Assembly (NCBI GenBank): GCA_030645735.1
Contig: JAUSNP010000006.1
Span: forward strand, 132,095 to 196,094
DNA length: 64,000 bases
Direction: 5' to 3'
DNA from: Candidatus Moraniibacteriota bacterium
GTDB lineage: Bacteria; Patescibacteriota; Minisyncoccia; Moranbacterales; UBA2206
Made by a program: the position numbers and the translations under genes
The notes under the pieces: generated by a model
Told to the model about the DNA's origin: nothing
Database searches by the model: none
The model's input: the letters and a program-made list of their open reading frames with translations, nothing else
Part shown: piece by piece, positions 8,909-18,998 of the stretch
Layout: each line of letters starts with the position of its first letter
How positions within the stretch are numbered: the first letter of the stretch is position 1

Positions 8909-10462
8909 ATGGATAAAAAAGTCAGGGTCAGATTTGCGCCGTCACCGACGGGTTATTTGCATGTTGGAGGCTTGCGAAGCGCTTTATATAACTATTTGTT
9001 CGCCAAGAAAAATGGCGGGGATTTTATTTTGAAAATAGAAGACACAGACCGTAAGAGATTTGTCGAAGGTGCTGTAGAGAGCTTGATTAGCTCTTTGGAT
9101 TGGGTGGGACTCAATCGCAATGAAGGCGTGTTTTTGAAAGAGCATGTTTTGAATCCAGAGAATAAGAAAATCATTGAATCTGCAAGTTATCCAGGCGTGA
9201 TGGAAATAGGAGAATTTGGACCATATATCCAATCAGAAAATTTAGCTGTGTATAAAAAATATGCGGAGGAGCTGGTGGCTGCTGGCAAGGCTTATTATTG
9301 TTTTTGTGAACAAGAGAGATTGGACCAAGTCAAAGCAGAACGCATCGCCAACAAACAAGCGCCAATGTATGATCGCTATTGTTTGAAAAATGTCAGCGCG
9401 GAAGAAGTCAATGAAAAGTTGAAATCCAATTGCGCCTACACAATTCGCTTGAAAGTCCCAGCGGATGAAGTCATTGAATTTGAAGATTTGATTCGTGGCA
9501 AAGTTTCTATCAACTCCAACACAGTTGATGACCAAGTCCTGATGAAATCGGATGGTTTTCCAACCTATCATTTGGCCAATGTGATTGATGATCATATGAT
9601 GGGCACCACGCAAGTGATTCGTGGCGAGGAATGGTTGCCGAGTACGCCAAAACATATTTTGTTATATCGCGCTTTTGGCTGGGACATTCCTGAATTTGCC
9701 CATCTACCTCTTTTGCTCAGCACTGACAAAAAGAAATTATCCAAACGCATGGGGGATGTAGCTGTGGAAGATTATATCAAGAAAGGCTATTTGAAAGAAG
9801 CGATCATCAACTTCGTGGTGCTTTTGGGTTGGAACATTGGCGACGGTAGCACGCAAGAAGTTTTTTCATTGGCAGAATTGGAACAAGTTTTTGACTTGAA
9901 GCGCGTACACAAGGCTGGTGCAGTTTTTGATTTGAAAAAATTGGATTGGCTCAATGCGCAATATATCAAAAAACTTTCGGTGGATGAATTGTATGAAAAA
10001 TCCTTGGAATTTTTTGCGCAAAAAGAATTTTACAAGACGTGGAACGTGGAACGTGAATCGTGGAGCGCAGAAGAGAAAGAAATATATTTGAAAAAAGTTT
10101 TACAAATTGAACAAGAACGTTTGAACAATTTGTCTGAGGTGGGGGAGAACAATCAGTTTTTCTTTGCACCCATCGCCTATGACAAAACCATGCTCAACTG
10201 GAAGGATATGTCGCCAGAAGCATTGCGAGAATCACTGCAAAAATCAATTGAAACACTGAGCGGAATTTCTGAAGAAAATTGGGAACTGAAAAACATTGAA
10301 GAAAAACTTTTTGCTACCGCCGGAGACAAAAAAGGTGATTTGCTGTGGCCACTCCGCGTGGCTTTGTCGGGTGCGCAAAAATCTCCCTCACCAATGGAAT
10401 TGGCTTGGGTCTTGGGCAAAACTGAATCTTTGCAACGATTACAAAACGCATTGGAAAAATAA
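8909..10462 (+). CDS. gltX: glutamate--tRNA ligase
   Basis: RVRFAPSPTGYLHVGG, IEDTD, RGEEWL, KLSKR. Confidence 0.98.
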   Translation: MDKKVRVRFAPSPTGYLHVGGLRSALYNYLFAKKNGGDFILKIEDTDRKRFVEGAVESLISSLDWVGLNRNEGVFLKEHVLNPENKKIIESASYPGVMEIGEFGPYIQSENLAVYKKYAEELVAAGKAYYCFCEQERLDQVKAERIANKQAPMYDRYCLKNVSAEEVNEKLKSNCAYTIRLKVPADEVIEFEDLIRGKVSINSNTVDDQVLMKSDGFPTYHLANVIDDHMMGTTQVIRGEEWLPSTPKHILLYRAFGWDIPEFAHLPLLLSTDKKKLSKRMGDVAVEDYIKKGYLKEAIINFVVLLGWNIGDGSTQEVFSLAELEQVFDLKRVHKAGAVFDLKKLDWLNAQYIKKLSVDELYEKSLEFFAQKEFYKTWNVERESWSAEEKEIYLKKVLQIEQERLNNLSEVGENNQFFFAPIAYDKTMLNWKDMSPEALRESLQKSIETLSGISEENWELKNIEEKLFATAGDKKGDLLWPLRVALSGAQKSPSPMELAWVLGKTESLQRLQNALEK

Positions 10463-10474
10463 TTTCCAAGAAGT

Positions 10475-11722
10475 ATGAGCAAAATAAAAAACAAAAAAAT
10501 AACTATTTCCAATATTGCCATATTATCGGCCACTATTTCCGTGTGGTCAGCTTTTAGTTTTTTAAGCAGGGATGTAGCCCAGGCCTCTAATTGTGATACG
10601 ATTGTTGACGCGACTAAGAAAAATCAATGCATAGCCTTGGAAAAGAAAGCGCAGGCCTATCAAGATATTATTGATATCAAGGTTAAGCAACAAACCACTT
10701 TGCAAAAACAAATGGCTTTGATTGATGCTGAACAATCCAAAAATCAATCAGCCTTGCAAGAAGTGCATGAAAAATTTCAAACTGTTTCACAGCAAATTTC
10801 CAGTTTAGAAAAAAGGATCTCCAGTGAAGAAGAGCAAATTGATCAGCAAAAAATAATCCTTTCTGGACTTATGCGCGTATACTACGAAGATTATCAGCGG
10901 GGAGTGCTAGATGTTGTTTTGGTTGACAAGGACTTTTCAGAATTTATGAATCAATCTGACTATGTGCAACAATCTAGCTTGAAAGTTTCGGATGTGTTGA
11001 AATCCATTCAGTATATCAAAGCAGATTTGGAAAATCAGAAGACAGACTTGGAAGGCAAGAAAGCTGAACATGAACAACTCCAGGGACAACTGGAAGAAAA
11101 GAATTTGAATTTACAAAAAACTGAAAATCAAAAGCAAACCTTGCTTGGTCAAACCAAGGCTGAGGCGGAAAAATATCAAAGTTTATTAGCTAACATTGAA
11201 GATGAAATTAGCGCCTTGGAACAGAATCTTGCTGGCACCATAAATTATGCTAATTTACCACCAGACAAAAGCGGTTATTTCACTTGGCCAGTCAATCCAC
11301 ATGTCATTACACAAGGCTATGGTAAAACAGCCTTTGCCAGGTCATCTGGAATGTATAAAAATAACTTTCATAATGGCTTAGACTTCGGCATAAAATTTAG
11401 CAATTTATACGCCGCCAAGGGTGGCAAGGTGGTCGGTTCAGGTGACAATGGTAAATATGCCTATGGCAAATGGTTGGCGATTGATCATGGTGATGGCCTA
11501 GTGACGCTCTATGGTCATCTAAGTGTCAAAAATGTCACCAATGGCTCCAAGGTCACTGAAGGTCAAAAGATTGGCGTGACTGGCAACACTGGCAACTCAA
11601 CTGGTCCACATTTACATTTTTCAGTTTTTGCTTCCAACACTTTCAAGACAGTTGAGTCATCCTATGTCAAAGGACTTATGATTCCGACTGGTGCGCCTGT
11701 GACTCCAAGAAAATATTTATAA
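10475..11722 (+). CDS. coiled-coil M23 peptidase (EnvC/CwlO-like)
   Basis: Signal peptide, long coiled coil, HNGLD, YGHL and STGPHLHF motifs. Confidence 0.9.
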   Translation: MSKIKNKKITISNIAILSATISVWSAFSFLSRDVAQASNCDTIVDATKKNQCIALEKKAQAYQDIIDIKVKQQTTLQKQMALIDAEQSKNQSALQEVHEKFQTVSQQISSLEKRISSEEEQIDQQKIILSGLMRVYYEDYQRGVLDVVLVDKDFSEFMNQSDYVQQSSLKVSDVLKSIQYIKADLENQKTDLEGKKAEHEQLQGQLEEKNLNLQKTENQKQTLLGQTKAEAEKYQSLLANIEDEISALEQNLAGTINYANLPPDKSGYFTWPVNPHVITQGYGKTAFARSSGMYKNNFHNGLDFGIKFSNLYAAKGGKVVGSGDNGKYAYGKWLAIDHGDGLVTLYGHLSVKNVTNGSKVTEGQKIGVTGNTGNSTGPHLHFSVFASNTFKTVESSYVKGLMIPTGAPVTPRKYL

Positions 11723-11741
11723 AATTATTTTTCTATCCTAA

Positions 11742-11776
11742 AAAAAATGGCTCAATCACATTTTTGAGTCATTTTT
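11742..11776 (+). terminator. intrinsic terminator
   Basis: AAAAATGGCTCAA...TTGAGTCATTTTT. Confidence 0.7.
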
Positions 11777-12142
11777 GATTTTGGGCATCTCAAAGGGGGA
11801 TAGTCAGGTTCCTTGGAAATAAAAACCCAAAAAAGGTGTTTTTGGGTATACATCAATGTATGTCTAATTTGGGCAAGCTGGGTTCAAAACGTCAAATTTA
11901 AGGTCAGAAATTTTTTCGACAGAAATTTCGGATACATGGCAGTATATAAAAATAAAAAAATACTTTTGCAAATATTTTTTTATTTATGTATTTAGTTTTG
12001 AGATAGCGACACAAAAGAGTTCGAATGGGATAGGTAGGTGTATCTATGTATTAAGCGTACTCAGCCTTAGATTCTTTTGTGCAGTGTCGTAAAAGATAGA
12101 TTGTGCGACACTGTCCATATTTCAAGATGCACACTTCCCCTT

Positions 12143-12712
12143 CTAAATTTGGGTATTTTTTGGATTATAGCTTTTTATAAAACTAATTGGTTCTTTCCAA
12201 TATTCAATCTCCGTAATGTTCTCACCCTTCTCCTGCTCCTTGAAATAGCCTGGCAAAACTTTTCCGTGAAATGGTCCAGCATAAATTCCAAAATGCAGAT
12301 GCTCCTCTTCCCAAGCTCCATTGGACTCACTTAGCGACTTCCCAATAGTTCCCATTAGTCCACCCATCTCAATCGTGTCACCTCTTTTCACGAAACGCCT
12401 ACCTAGATGGCCATACAAGGAATAGAAAACTTTTTTTGTTTTTGGATCCTTGTGCGCGATGATGACGATACCACCCCAATTTCTTTTAGTAACTTCACCG
12501 CTTTCGGAAAATTCCCCGGGATGCAATTTTGAATACACAACGATACCTCGACCAATGGAAAAAACTTTCGTTTCCACAGGTGCTGAGATGTCGATGCCAA
12601 GATGTCTGCCCCACAGTTTTTTGTCATACACATTCATCTCGCCAAAACCAGAAGAAATGTTTTTGAAATTTCCCACTGGGAACATTAGATTGGGTGTGAC
12701 TCGATACGCCAT
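12143..12712 (-). CDS. M23 family metallopeptidase
   Basis: HLGID, YGHL and HLHFG motifs. Confidence 0.85.
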   Translation of the reverse strand: MAYRVTPNLMFPVGNFKNISSGFGEMNVYDKKLWGRHLGIDISAPVETKVFSIGRGIVVYSKLHPGEFSESGEVTKRNWGGIVIIAHKDPKTKKVFYSLYGHLGRRFVKRGDTIEMGGLMGTIGKSLSESNGAWEEEHLHFGIYAGPFHGKVLPGYFKEQEKGENITEIEYWKEPISFIKSYNPKNTQI

Positions 12713-12793
12713 ATACGCAACTCACGAATGTAAAACGAATTTTCGGCAAATTAATGCTAATATTTTTCGTTTTAATTCGCTTTAGATTAGTGT

Positions 12794-13183
12794 TTAATTT
12801 GTGAGTTTACTTTGATAATCCTTGATGGCTTCATGCAAGGCCTCGTCAGCCAGATTTGAACAATGCATTTTGATCGGCGGCAAACCTTCTAAAGCATCGG
12901 CCACATCATTGCGTGTGATTTTCAACGCCTGCTCAATAGTTTTACCCATCGCCAAATCTGTCACCATAGATGAAGTGGCAATGGCTGAGGCGCATCCTAG
13001 AGTTTCAAATTTGATATCCTTGATTACATCCCCTTTTTCTTTGTCCTGCTTGACCTTAATATAAATCTTCATCAAATCACCACACACTGGATTGCCCACC
13101 ATACCAACGCCAGAAGCGTTTTTAATCACCCCCTGATTGTGAGGTCGCGTGAAATGATCGAGAACTTTTTTTGAATATTGCAT
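12794..13183 (-). CDS. iscU: Fe-S cluster scaffold IscU/NifU
   Basis: YSKKVLDHF, GNPVCGD, GCASAIA, KMHCS. Confidence 0.95.
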   Translation of the reverse strand: MQYSKKVLDHFTRPHNQGVIKNASGVGMVGNPVCGDLMKIYIKVKQDKEKGDVIKDIKFETLGCASAIATSSMVTDLAMGKTIEQALKITRNDVADALEGLPPIKMHCSNLADEALHEAIKDYQSKLTN

Positions 13184-13238
13184 AGTATTCGTGGAACGTG
13201 AATCGTGAATCGCGTAACACTGCGGTTCACGTTACGCG

Positions 13239-14477
13239 TTATGCTTTATGAGATTTATTATAGTATTCCCCTAGTATATTTCCGGAAATCTTGCGCAATC
13301 TTTCTACGATTGTTTTCAATTTTTTCACTGCTGCATCAATTTCCTGTTTGGTTGTATATTTGCCAAGCGTGAATCGCAATGATCCATGCGCTTGTTCAGC
13401 CTTGAGTCCAATAGACAATAAGACATGCGATGGTGACAATGCGCCCGATGAACAGGCTGAACCAGTTGAACAAGCGATGCCTTCCATGTCCAATGACAAC
13501 AAGAGTCCCTCCCCTTCCACATCCGCAAAACTGAAATTGGCATTGTTAGGTGAGCGTAAAATTTTTGAACCATTCAAAACTGCTTTGGGAATTTCTTTGG
13601 AAACCTTGGCTATCAAATAATCCCGCAACTCCAAAACTTTGCGATTTACGTTTTGCGTTTTGCGGTTTGCGATTTGCTCAATGGCTTTACCAAATCCAAC
13701 AATGCCCGGCACATTATGTGTACCAGCCCGCATTTTATATTCCTGATCACCACCATCCTGTATTTTTTTGATAGTAGTCCCCTTTTTGACATACAACATG
13801 CCTACACCCTTAGGTCCATAAATTTTGTGCGCTGACATCGACAGCAAATCTACACTCAATTTTGCCACATTGCAATCAAAATAATTCACCGCTTGCGTCG
13901 CGTCAGTGTGAAACAAAAGTTTGAATTCATTTTCTTTTTTAGTTGCGTTCAGTTTCTTCACTAGTTTTCCAATTTTTTCAATTGGTTGCACCGTGCCAAT
14001 CTCATTGTTCACATACATCACTGAAATCAAAATTGTGTTTGATTTGATAGCCTTGGCGATATCACTAACCTTAATCAAGCCGTCCTTGTCCGGTTTGATA
14101 TAGGAAACTTCAGCTAAACCTTCTTTTTCCACAGTCTTACATGAATCCAGAACACAATGATGCTCAAAGGCAGTGGTGATGATATGTGGTTTGATCTTGG
14201 CATTTTCAGCCTTAGAATAATATGATTTCAAAACGCCCTTAATAGTGATGTTATTTGATTCAGTAGCACCACTAGTAAAAATTATTTCTGATGGCACAGC
14301 GCCAAAAAAAGTTGCAATCTTGCCGCGTGCCGAGTCCACTGCTTGCAGAGCGTCTTGCCCAAAAGAATGAATTGACATGGCATTGCCAAAATTCTCAGAA
14401 AAATATGGCAACATTTCCTTCAAAACTTCTTTGTCTGCTGGTGTAGTAGCGGCATAATCCAAATATATTCTTTTCAT
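13239..14477 (-). CDS. iscS: cysteine desulfurase
   Basis: YLDYAATTP, FTSGATE, SAHKIYGPKG, STGSACSS. Confidence 0.96.
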   Translation of the reverse strand: MKRIYLDYAATTPADKEVLKEMLPYFSENFGNAMSIHSFGQDALQAVDSARGKIATFFGAVPSEIIFTSGATESNNITIKGVLKSYYSKAENAKIKPHIITTAFEHHCVLDSCKTVEKEGLAEVSYIKPDKDGLIKVSDIAKAIKSNTILISVMYVNNEIGTVQPIEKIGKLVKKLNATKKENEFKLLFHTDATQAVNYFDCNVAKLSVDLLSMSAHKIYGPKGVGMLYVKKGTTIKKIQDGGDQEYKMRAGTHNVPGIVGFGKAIEQIANRKTQNVNRKVLELRDYLIAKVSKEIPKAVLNGSKILRSPNNANFSFADVEGEGLLLSLDMEGIACSTGSACSSGALSPSHVLLSIGLKAEQAHGSLRFTLGKYTTKQEIDAAVKKLKTIVERLRKISGNILGEYYNKSHKA

Positions 14478-14491
14478 ATTTTTTAATTTTT

Positions 14492-14887
14492 TTATTTATT
14501 ATTCACCAAATCACTCAACTTTATTCCCCGTAATGTTTTTTCAATTTGAATGCCGAGAATTTCCCACACAACCTTAGATGAACACAGATGCTCCATTTTG
14601 CAAACCTTGCCCACGCATTTCATTGGCGCAATTGGACCTTCCAGTGCAATGACGATGTCAGCCACACTGATTTTCTTAGCTGGAATTTTCAAGGCATATC
14701 CCCCATTAGTGCCCTTGAAACTATCCACTAAGTCATATTTTCGCAAAACATTCAAAAGGCGCTCCAGATATTTGATCGAGATCGACTCTTCTTTGGCAAT
14801 CAATTTGATGTTCTTAATTTTGGCTTCATCTTTTGCTAGATTAACCATCGCTTTGAGGCCATATTCCGCTTTAGTGGAAAACTTCAT
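14492..14887 (-). CDS. Rrf2/IscR-family transcriptional regulator
   Basis: STKAEYGL, YLERL, GGYAL, three C-terminal Cys; heads the isc operon. Confidence 0.9.
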   Translation of the reverse strand: MKFSTKAEYGLKAMVNLAKDEAKIKNIKLIAKEESISIKYLERLLNVLRKYDLVDSFKGTNGGYALKIPAKKISVADIVIALEGPIAPMKCVGKVCKMEHLCSSKVVWEILGIQIEKTLRGIKLSDLVNNK

Positions 14888-14898
14888 AATGTAACTCC

Positions 14899-14947
14899 TA
14901 CTAAATTAGTATACATTCATGATACAAAAAAACCTGACGTGAGTCAA
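14899..14947 (-). promoter_or_regulatory. sigma70 promoter with putative Rrf2 operator
   Basis: TTGACT (14942-47), 17 bp, TATCAT (14919-24); palindrome TACTAATTTAGTA at 14899-14911 resembles the core of IscR-type sites. Confidence 0.6.
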
Positions 14948-14962
14948 GTCTGTATTTGGGGC

Positions 14963-15085
14963 TTATATTAGCTGGGTGATTTCATAAGAAACAGACACTA
15001 CGACTATCAAAAACACTGAAATAATGATTGCCAATGCAAATTTGAACAACTCGTCTTGCTCTGGCTTTTTCACATCCTTAAGCAT
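14963..15085 (-). CDS. 40-aa single-TM microprotein (not in ORF track)
   Basis: MLKDVKKPEQDELFKFALAIIISVFLIVVVSVSYEITQLI; promoter TTGCCA-17bp-TATAAT at 15118-15146. Confidence 0.6.
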   Translation of the reverse strand: MLKDVKKPEQDELFKFALAIIISVFLIVVVSVSYEITQLI

Positions 15086-15216
15086 ATTTGTTTTTGTATT
15101 AATATCCTTACACCTACATTATAAGACTACTCACCTTTTCTGGCAAGTCCCCTGTTTGACCGCTAGATGTGGATAAACTACAATTAGAGAGTAAAGATGG
15201 ACTTCATTATAATACT

Positions 15217-16341
15217 ATGCGAATTTCATACTCCGCCCTCGATTCCTATCAAAACTGTTCCCTGAAATACAAATTTCAGAATATTGATCATATCAAAACC
15301 CCCAAATCCAAGGAGGCAGTTTTCGGTACCACCATTCATGACACTATGAAATTCATTCACACGCCTGCCATTCTCTCTCCGACGGTGGACGAAGCCTTGG
15401 AGCATTTTTCCAATGCCTGGAATCCGACAGTCTTTGAAACCCCCGATGAAGAACGGGCCGCTTTTTCGCAAGGCGTGAAAATCATTCAAGATTATTATCA
15501 AAAAAACAATCCGGCCAATTTCAATATTGTGGATTTGGAATCGCGTTTTCAGATTGAAATCGGTTCTGGCGAAAACAAACACATTGTTTCTGGCATCATT
15601 GACCGCATCGACAAAACTGAGAATGGCTATGAAATCATTGACTACAAAACCACCAAAAAAATGCCATCCCAAGACAAGGTGGACAATGATTTGCAGTTGT
15701 CGGTCTATCTGCAAGCTTTTTTGGCGCGCTATCCCAAAGAAATCGCCAACATTGAAAAGTTGACCGTGAGTCTCTATTATCTCAAACATGGCGTAAAACT
15801 TTCTGCCACTCGCACAGTTGAGCAACTCAAAAAAAGTGAAGAGCTTTTCTTGGACGTGATCGCACAAATTGAAAGTGGCAAATTTGAACCCAACATCACT
15901 CCCCTGTGTGATTGGTGTGGCTATCAAAATATTTGTCCGATGTGGCGACACAAATTCAAAGAACTGCGCAAAATTGACACAGCCGAAATTGATTCCGCCA
16001 TCAATGAATATGTCGAACTCAAATCCGCCATTTCTCTCACCAAAGACCGCTTGGCTGAAATTCAAGAGACCATTCTAAGTTATATGGACCAAGAAGGTGT
16101 GGAACGTGTTTTTGGCGCTCAAGGCATCATCGCCCGCTCCCTGCGCAAGACCTACAAATATGATGACAAAAAAATTCGTGAAATTCTGGAACCACTCGAC
16201 AAATGGGAATCTGTCCTGAAAGTCGATGGCGTGGCTCTCAAACAGATCCTTGGCGTCCTGCCCTTTGACGCCCGCACCGAAATTGAAAAAGCCAAAGTAG
16301 TCGACAAAGAAACCAAGACCTTGGCGGTGAAGAAAAAATAA
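15217..16341 (+). CDS. PD-(D/E)xK RecB/Cas4-like nuclease
   Basis: ISYSALDSYQNC, GTTIH, GIIDRID, IIDYKT, QLSVY, CDWC..C. Confidence 0.9.
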   Translation: MRISYSALDSYQNCSLKYKFQNIDHIKTPKSKEAVFGTTIHDTMKFIHTPAILSPTVDEALEHFSNAWNPTVFETPDEERAAFSQGVKIIQDYYQKNNPANFNIVDLESRFQIEIGSGENKHIVSGIIDRIDKTENGYEIIDYKTTKKMPSQDKVDNDLQLSVYLQAFLARYPKEIANIEKLTVSLYYLKHGVKLSATRTVEQLKKSEELFLDVIAQIESGKFEPNITPLCDWCGYQNICPMWRHKFKELRKIDTAEIDSAINEYVELKSAISLTKDRLAEIQETILSYMDQEGVERVFGAQGIIARSLRKTYKYDDKKIREILEPLDKWESVLKVDGVALKQILGVLPFDARTEIEKAKVVDKETKTLAVKKK

Positions 16342-16359
16342 TCATAATTTAATTACTGC

Positions 16360-16698
16360 TCAGGCGAATCTGTATAAAACTGCAACCGAGCTAATGCCGA
16401 GTATAATTCCAAATATTTCCCAAGTCGTTATTTTTTCGTGGAACACAAATACGCTCACTATCGCCAAAATTGCAATGCAGCTGACACCGTAAATCACCCC
16501 ACTAGTCGATAGTTTTATGTTTTTCACAACATAAACCCAGCCCAGTCCAGTTAATCCATATATTACTATACCAATAAAAAGAAATTTGTTCCAAACGGAA
16601 TTTTCAAGAGAAGCTTTTTTGATAAAATAGTCTGCTATTACAGTAATAATAGATAAGCCTACAGCGGCAAGAAAATATAAAGATTTTAGCATATGCAA
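16360..16698 (-). CDS. small DMT/SMR-like membrane transporter
   Basis: Four TM helices; VFHEKIT..IFGIILG. Confidence 0.7.
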   Translation of the reverse strand: MHMLKSLYFLAAVGLSIITVIADYFIKKASLENSVWNKFLFIGIVIYGLTGLGWVYVVKNIKLSTSGVIYGVSCIAILAIVSVFVFHEKITTWEIFGIILGISSVAVLYRFA

Positions 16699-16712
16699 AA
16701 AATTAGTGACTT

Positions 16713-17405
16713 TTATTTTATAATCGTCCCTTTGGCTTTCTTGCCCTCCAAATAGTTTTTCAGGTTCGGCAGGTTTTTGCCATTCATAATGGCCACTTCC
16801 AAATTGTTTTCTTGCGCTTCTTTGGAAGCGATTGGATCAAAGGGCGCGTTCATGCCTGGGTCCCATTTGTTGCCGACCATCTTGCGGAATTCTGCCCAAG
16901 ACATCTCTTTGATTTTTTTGCAATCTGGAAACTTACGCGGATCTTTGTCGCAAACATAATCAATGTTAGAAAGATTGATGATAGTTTTGATGTCCAAATA
17001 TTTTGCTAACAAAACAGCATCAAAATCAGTTGAGAAACCTGGGCGCCAACCTGCCGCTACTAAAATGTCTTCTTTGAAATCATAGAAGTCCTCCAGATCA
17101 TGCGGGTTCTTGTTGATTCTTGGATGGGCGTGTTTTCTAAAAATTGTACGAATGAAATGCGCATTCATGCGAGTGGCGTGGATCCCGATCCAATCTTTGT
17201 CATCATCCGTGATGTTGTCCACCTTGGCAGCCGCGTCAATATATTTGCGCGCCGTCTTGCCACCACCCGTGATCAAAATAAATTTATAACCTTTCTTGAT
17301 TTGTTCCTCAATGAGCGCCTTGAACTTCTTCACAAATTTCCAATCAATCTCCTCCGGCACAATAAGCGACCCACCCAACGAAATAATTACTGTTTTTTTG
17401 TCCAT
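16713..17405 (-). CDS. pyrH: UMP kinase, archaeal type
   Basis: ISLGGSLI, GGGKTARKY, DWIGIHATRMNA, PGFSTD. Confidence 0.93.
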   Translation of the reverse strand: MDKKTVIISLGGSLIVPEEIDWKFVKKFKALIEEQIKKGYKFILITGGGKTARKYIDAAAKVDNITDDDKDWIGIHATRMNAHFIRTIFRKHAHPRINKNPHDLEDFYDFKEDILVAAGWRPGFSTDFDAVLLAKYLDIKTIINLSNIDYVCDKDPRKFPDCKKIKEMSWAEFRKMVGNKWDPGMNAPFDPIASKEAQENNLEVAIMNGKNLPNLKNYLEGKKAKGTIIK

Positions 17406-17421
17406 AATTTTTTTATAATAA

Positions 17422-18330
17422 TTATTTATTTAAAAAATACACACCGATAAACATTATAGCAATTGAAACGAATCTTTGCACGAGATGTTTTTTGAGCAAA
17501 CTTTCCTCGCCCAATTTTGGTGCAAATATCGTGATGATTATTCCTAATAGAAAAACAAAGAAGGGTTGAAAACCATTCACCACCCAAACTAGTGTAATTG
17601 GAGCTAGGAGTGAGGCAAAAGAAAAAATAAGTTTACTGGATATATTGATAAATTCAGTTAGAGCATTTAAGCTCAAAATTGGCAGCCCATTTAATTTGAA
17701 GATTTTAAAAAATTGTTGGCGATATGATTTAACCACCAACAAAGCAGCTGCGGCCAAACTAAACCCAACATATTCCCAAAAAGTAGTGACCCAAAAACTT
17801 TCTTGAATAGCTACAAATTTGAAAATCAAACTATTAGTTGCAAAAAATAATGATGACAACGCCATCAATCCCAAAACTTTCATTTTCAGCTTAACTGTTC
17901 CAACTCCAATCTCCAAAGAGATTCCCATTGCACCCAAAATAATCATAACTGATGCAAAGAGTTGCGTTGCATTCAAACTCTCACCTAACAAAAAATATGC
18001 GCCCACATACGAAAACAATGGAATTATCTGAAACAAGGGAGCAACAATTGAAGCCTCCTCTTCTTGCATAGCATGCAAATACGGTAAATAGGCATATAAA
18101 TATAATGTCCCACTAATTGTAACTGTAATCGCAGATATGAGTGGCACAGAAAAAACTCCGTCATTAAAAATCGGAATAAGTATCGCCAGCAATGAACCAA
18201 GAAAAACTGAAAAAATCATCAGCGCGCCAGCACTCGCTCCTTTGAAATATCTGGTTAGTATGAATTTATCAAGATGATTAGAAAGCGCCCAAAGTGCCGG
18301 CGCTATCAATGCAATGAAAAACCAAGTCAT
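17422..18330 (-). CDS. EamA/DMT family transporter
   Basis: About 10 TM helices in two repeats; EASIVAPL, LGESL. Confidence 0.85.
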   Translation of the reverse strand: MTWFFIALIAPALWALSNHLDKFILTRYFKGASAGALMIFSVFLGSLLAILIPIFNDGVFSVPLISAITVTISGTLYLYAYLPYLHAMQEEEASIVAPLFQIIPLFSYVGAYFLLGESLNATQLFASVMIILGAMGISLEIGVGTVKLKMKVLGLMALSSLFFATNSLIFKFVAIQESFWVTTFWEYVGFSLAAAALLVVKSYRQQFFKIFKLNGLPILSLNALTEFINISSKLIFSFASLLAPITLVWVVNGFQPFFVFLLGIIITIFAPKLGEESLLKKHLVQRFVSIAIMFIGVYFLNK

Positions 18331-18343
18331 TATTTTCTATAAA

Positions 18344-18787
18344 TTAATATTTACATCCCGTGCTGCGTGTGCGGCCTTGAGCGGTTGCCTCCCCTTCTGT
18401 TTTGAAACAAGCTAGATTTTCCGGCTTGATTCTTTTGGCATAGGAGCAGGTTGGCGGATAATATTTGTCTGAACTTTTACTGCCCACATAGGTACAATTG
18501 GCCATGTTTGACGGTTGTTGTGAATTGGCCACTAGAGCAGTCTTTTGTGCGGGGGTGCTGTTGGATTCAATTATACCACTAACTGGGCTTTCTGGGCTAG
18601 TTTTGGGGCTTTCAGAGGGCTTTTCGATGACCAAAGGGCTAGTTTTGATGGATTTACCCTGGACATAGCCGAATTCAAAAGAAATGCCCGCCACTAGCAA
18701 AAATCCGACAGCCAAAACTATCTTATATTCATATTGCGTCCAAAAGGACTTTATAGACTTTATGAACTTTTCACTTTCTGACTCCAT
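18344..18787 (-). CDS. membrane-anchored protein with C-terminal Ada-like metal-binding domain
   Basis: TM helix, Ser/Pro linker, YVGSKSSDKYYPPTCSYAKRIKPEN..F. Confidence 0.75.
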   Translation of the reverse strand: MESESEKFIKSIKSFWTQYEYKIVLAVGFLLVAGISFEFGYVQGKSIKTSPLVIEKPSESPKTSPESPVSGIIESNSTPAQKTALVANSQQPSNMANCTYVGSKSSDKYYPPTCSYAKRIKPENLACFKTEGEATAQGRTRSTGCKY

Positions 18788-18789
18788 AG

Positions 18790-18817
18790 TTGACATTATA
18801 CCATATTTTGCTATAAT
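18790..18817 (+). promoter_or_regulatory. consensus sigma70 promoter with extended -10
   Basis: TTGACA (18790-95), 16 bp, TATAAT (18812-17) preceded by TGc. Confidence 0.85.
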
Positions 18818-18825
18818 TCTATTCG

Positions 18826-18988
18826 TATGTGAATTGCGAATGGCTATCCCAGTATCGATTCCGACAGAACCTTGAAGTGATGGCTTTAATGTTCCACGGA
18901 TTCGCCTTCGGCTTTAGCCTGTAATTCTTTTAAGTATTAAGTAAGAATCGATACGGGACGCTCATTTTTATGGCTTCTCGCTATCGCT
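18826..18988 (+). ncRNA. structured RNA candidate (6S-like rod or rpmA leader)
   Basis: GTATCGATTC (18852-61) pairs with GAATCGATAC (18945-54); internal bubble and upper stems; directly downstream of a strong promoter. Confidence 0.55.
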
Positions 18989-18998
18989 CAAGATAAAA

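Noticed and set aside
11813-12334. Short + strand ORFs (60 and 85 aa)
   Set aside because: TTG starts, no SD, no recognisable features; one overlaps the M23 gene antisense.
15226-16065. 279-aa antisense ORF
   Set aside because: Shadow of the nuclease gene; no motifs or start signals.
15217-16341. Nuclease as part of a CRISPR-Cas system
   Set aside because: No other cas genes or array; solo PD-(D/E)xK nucleases are common.
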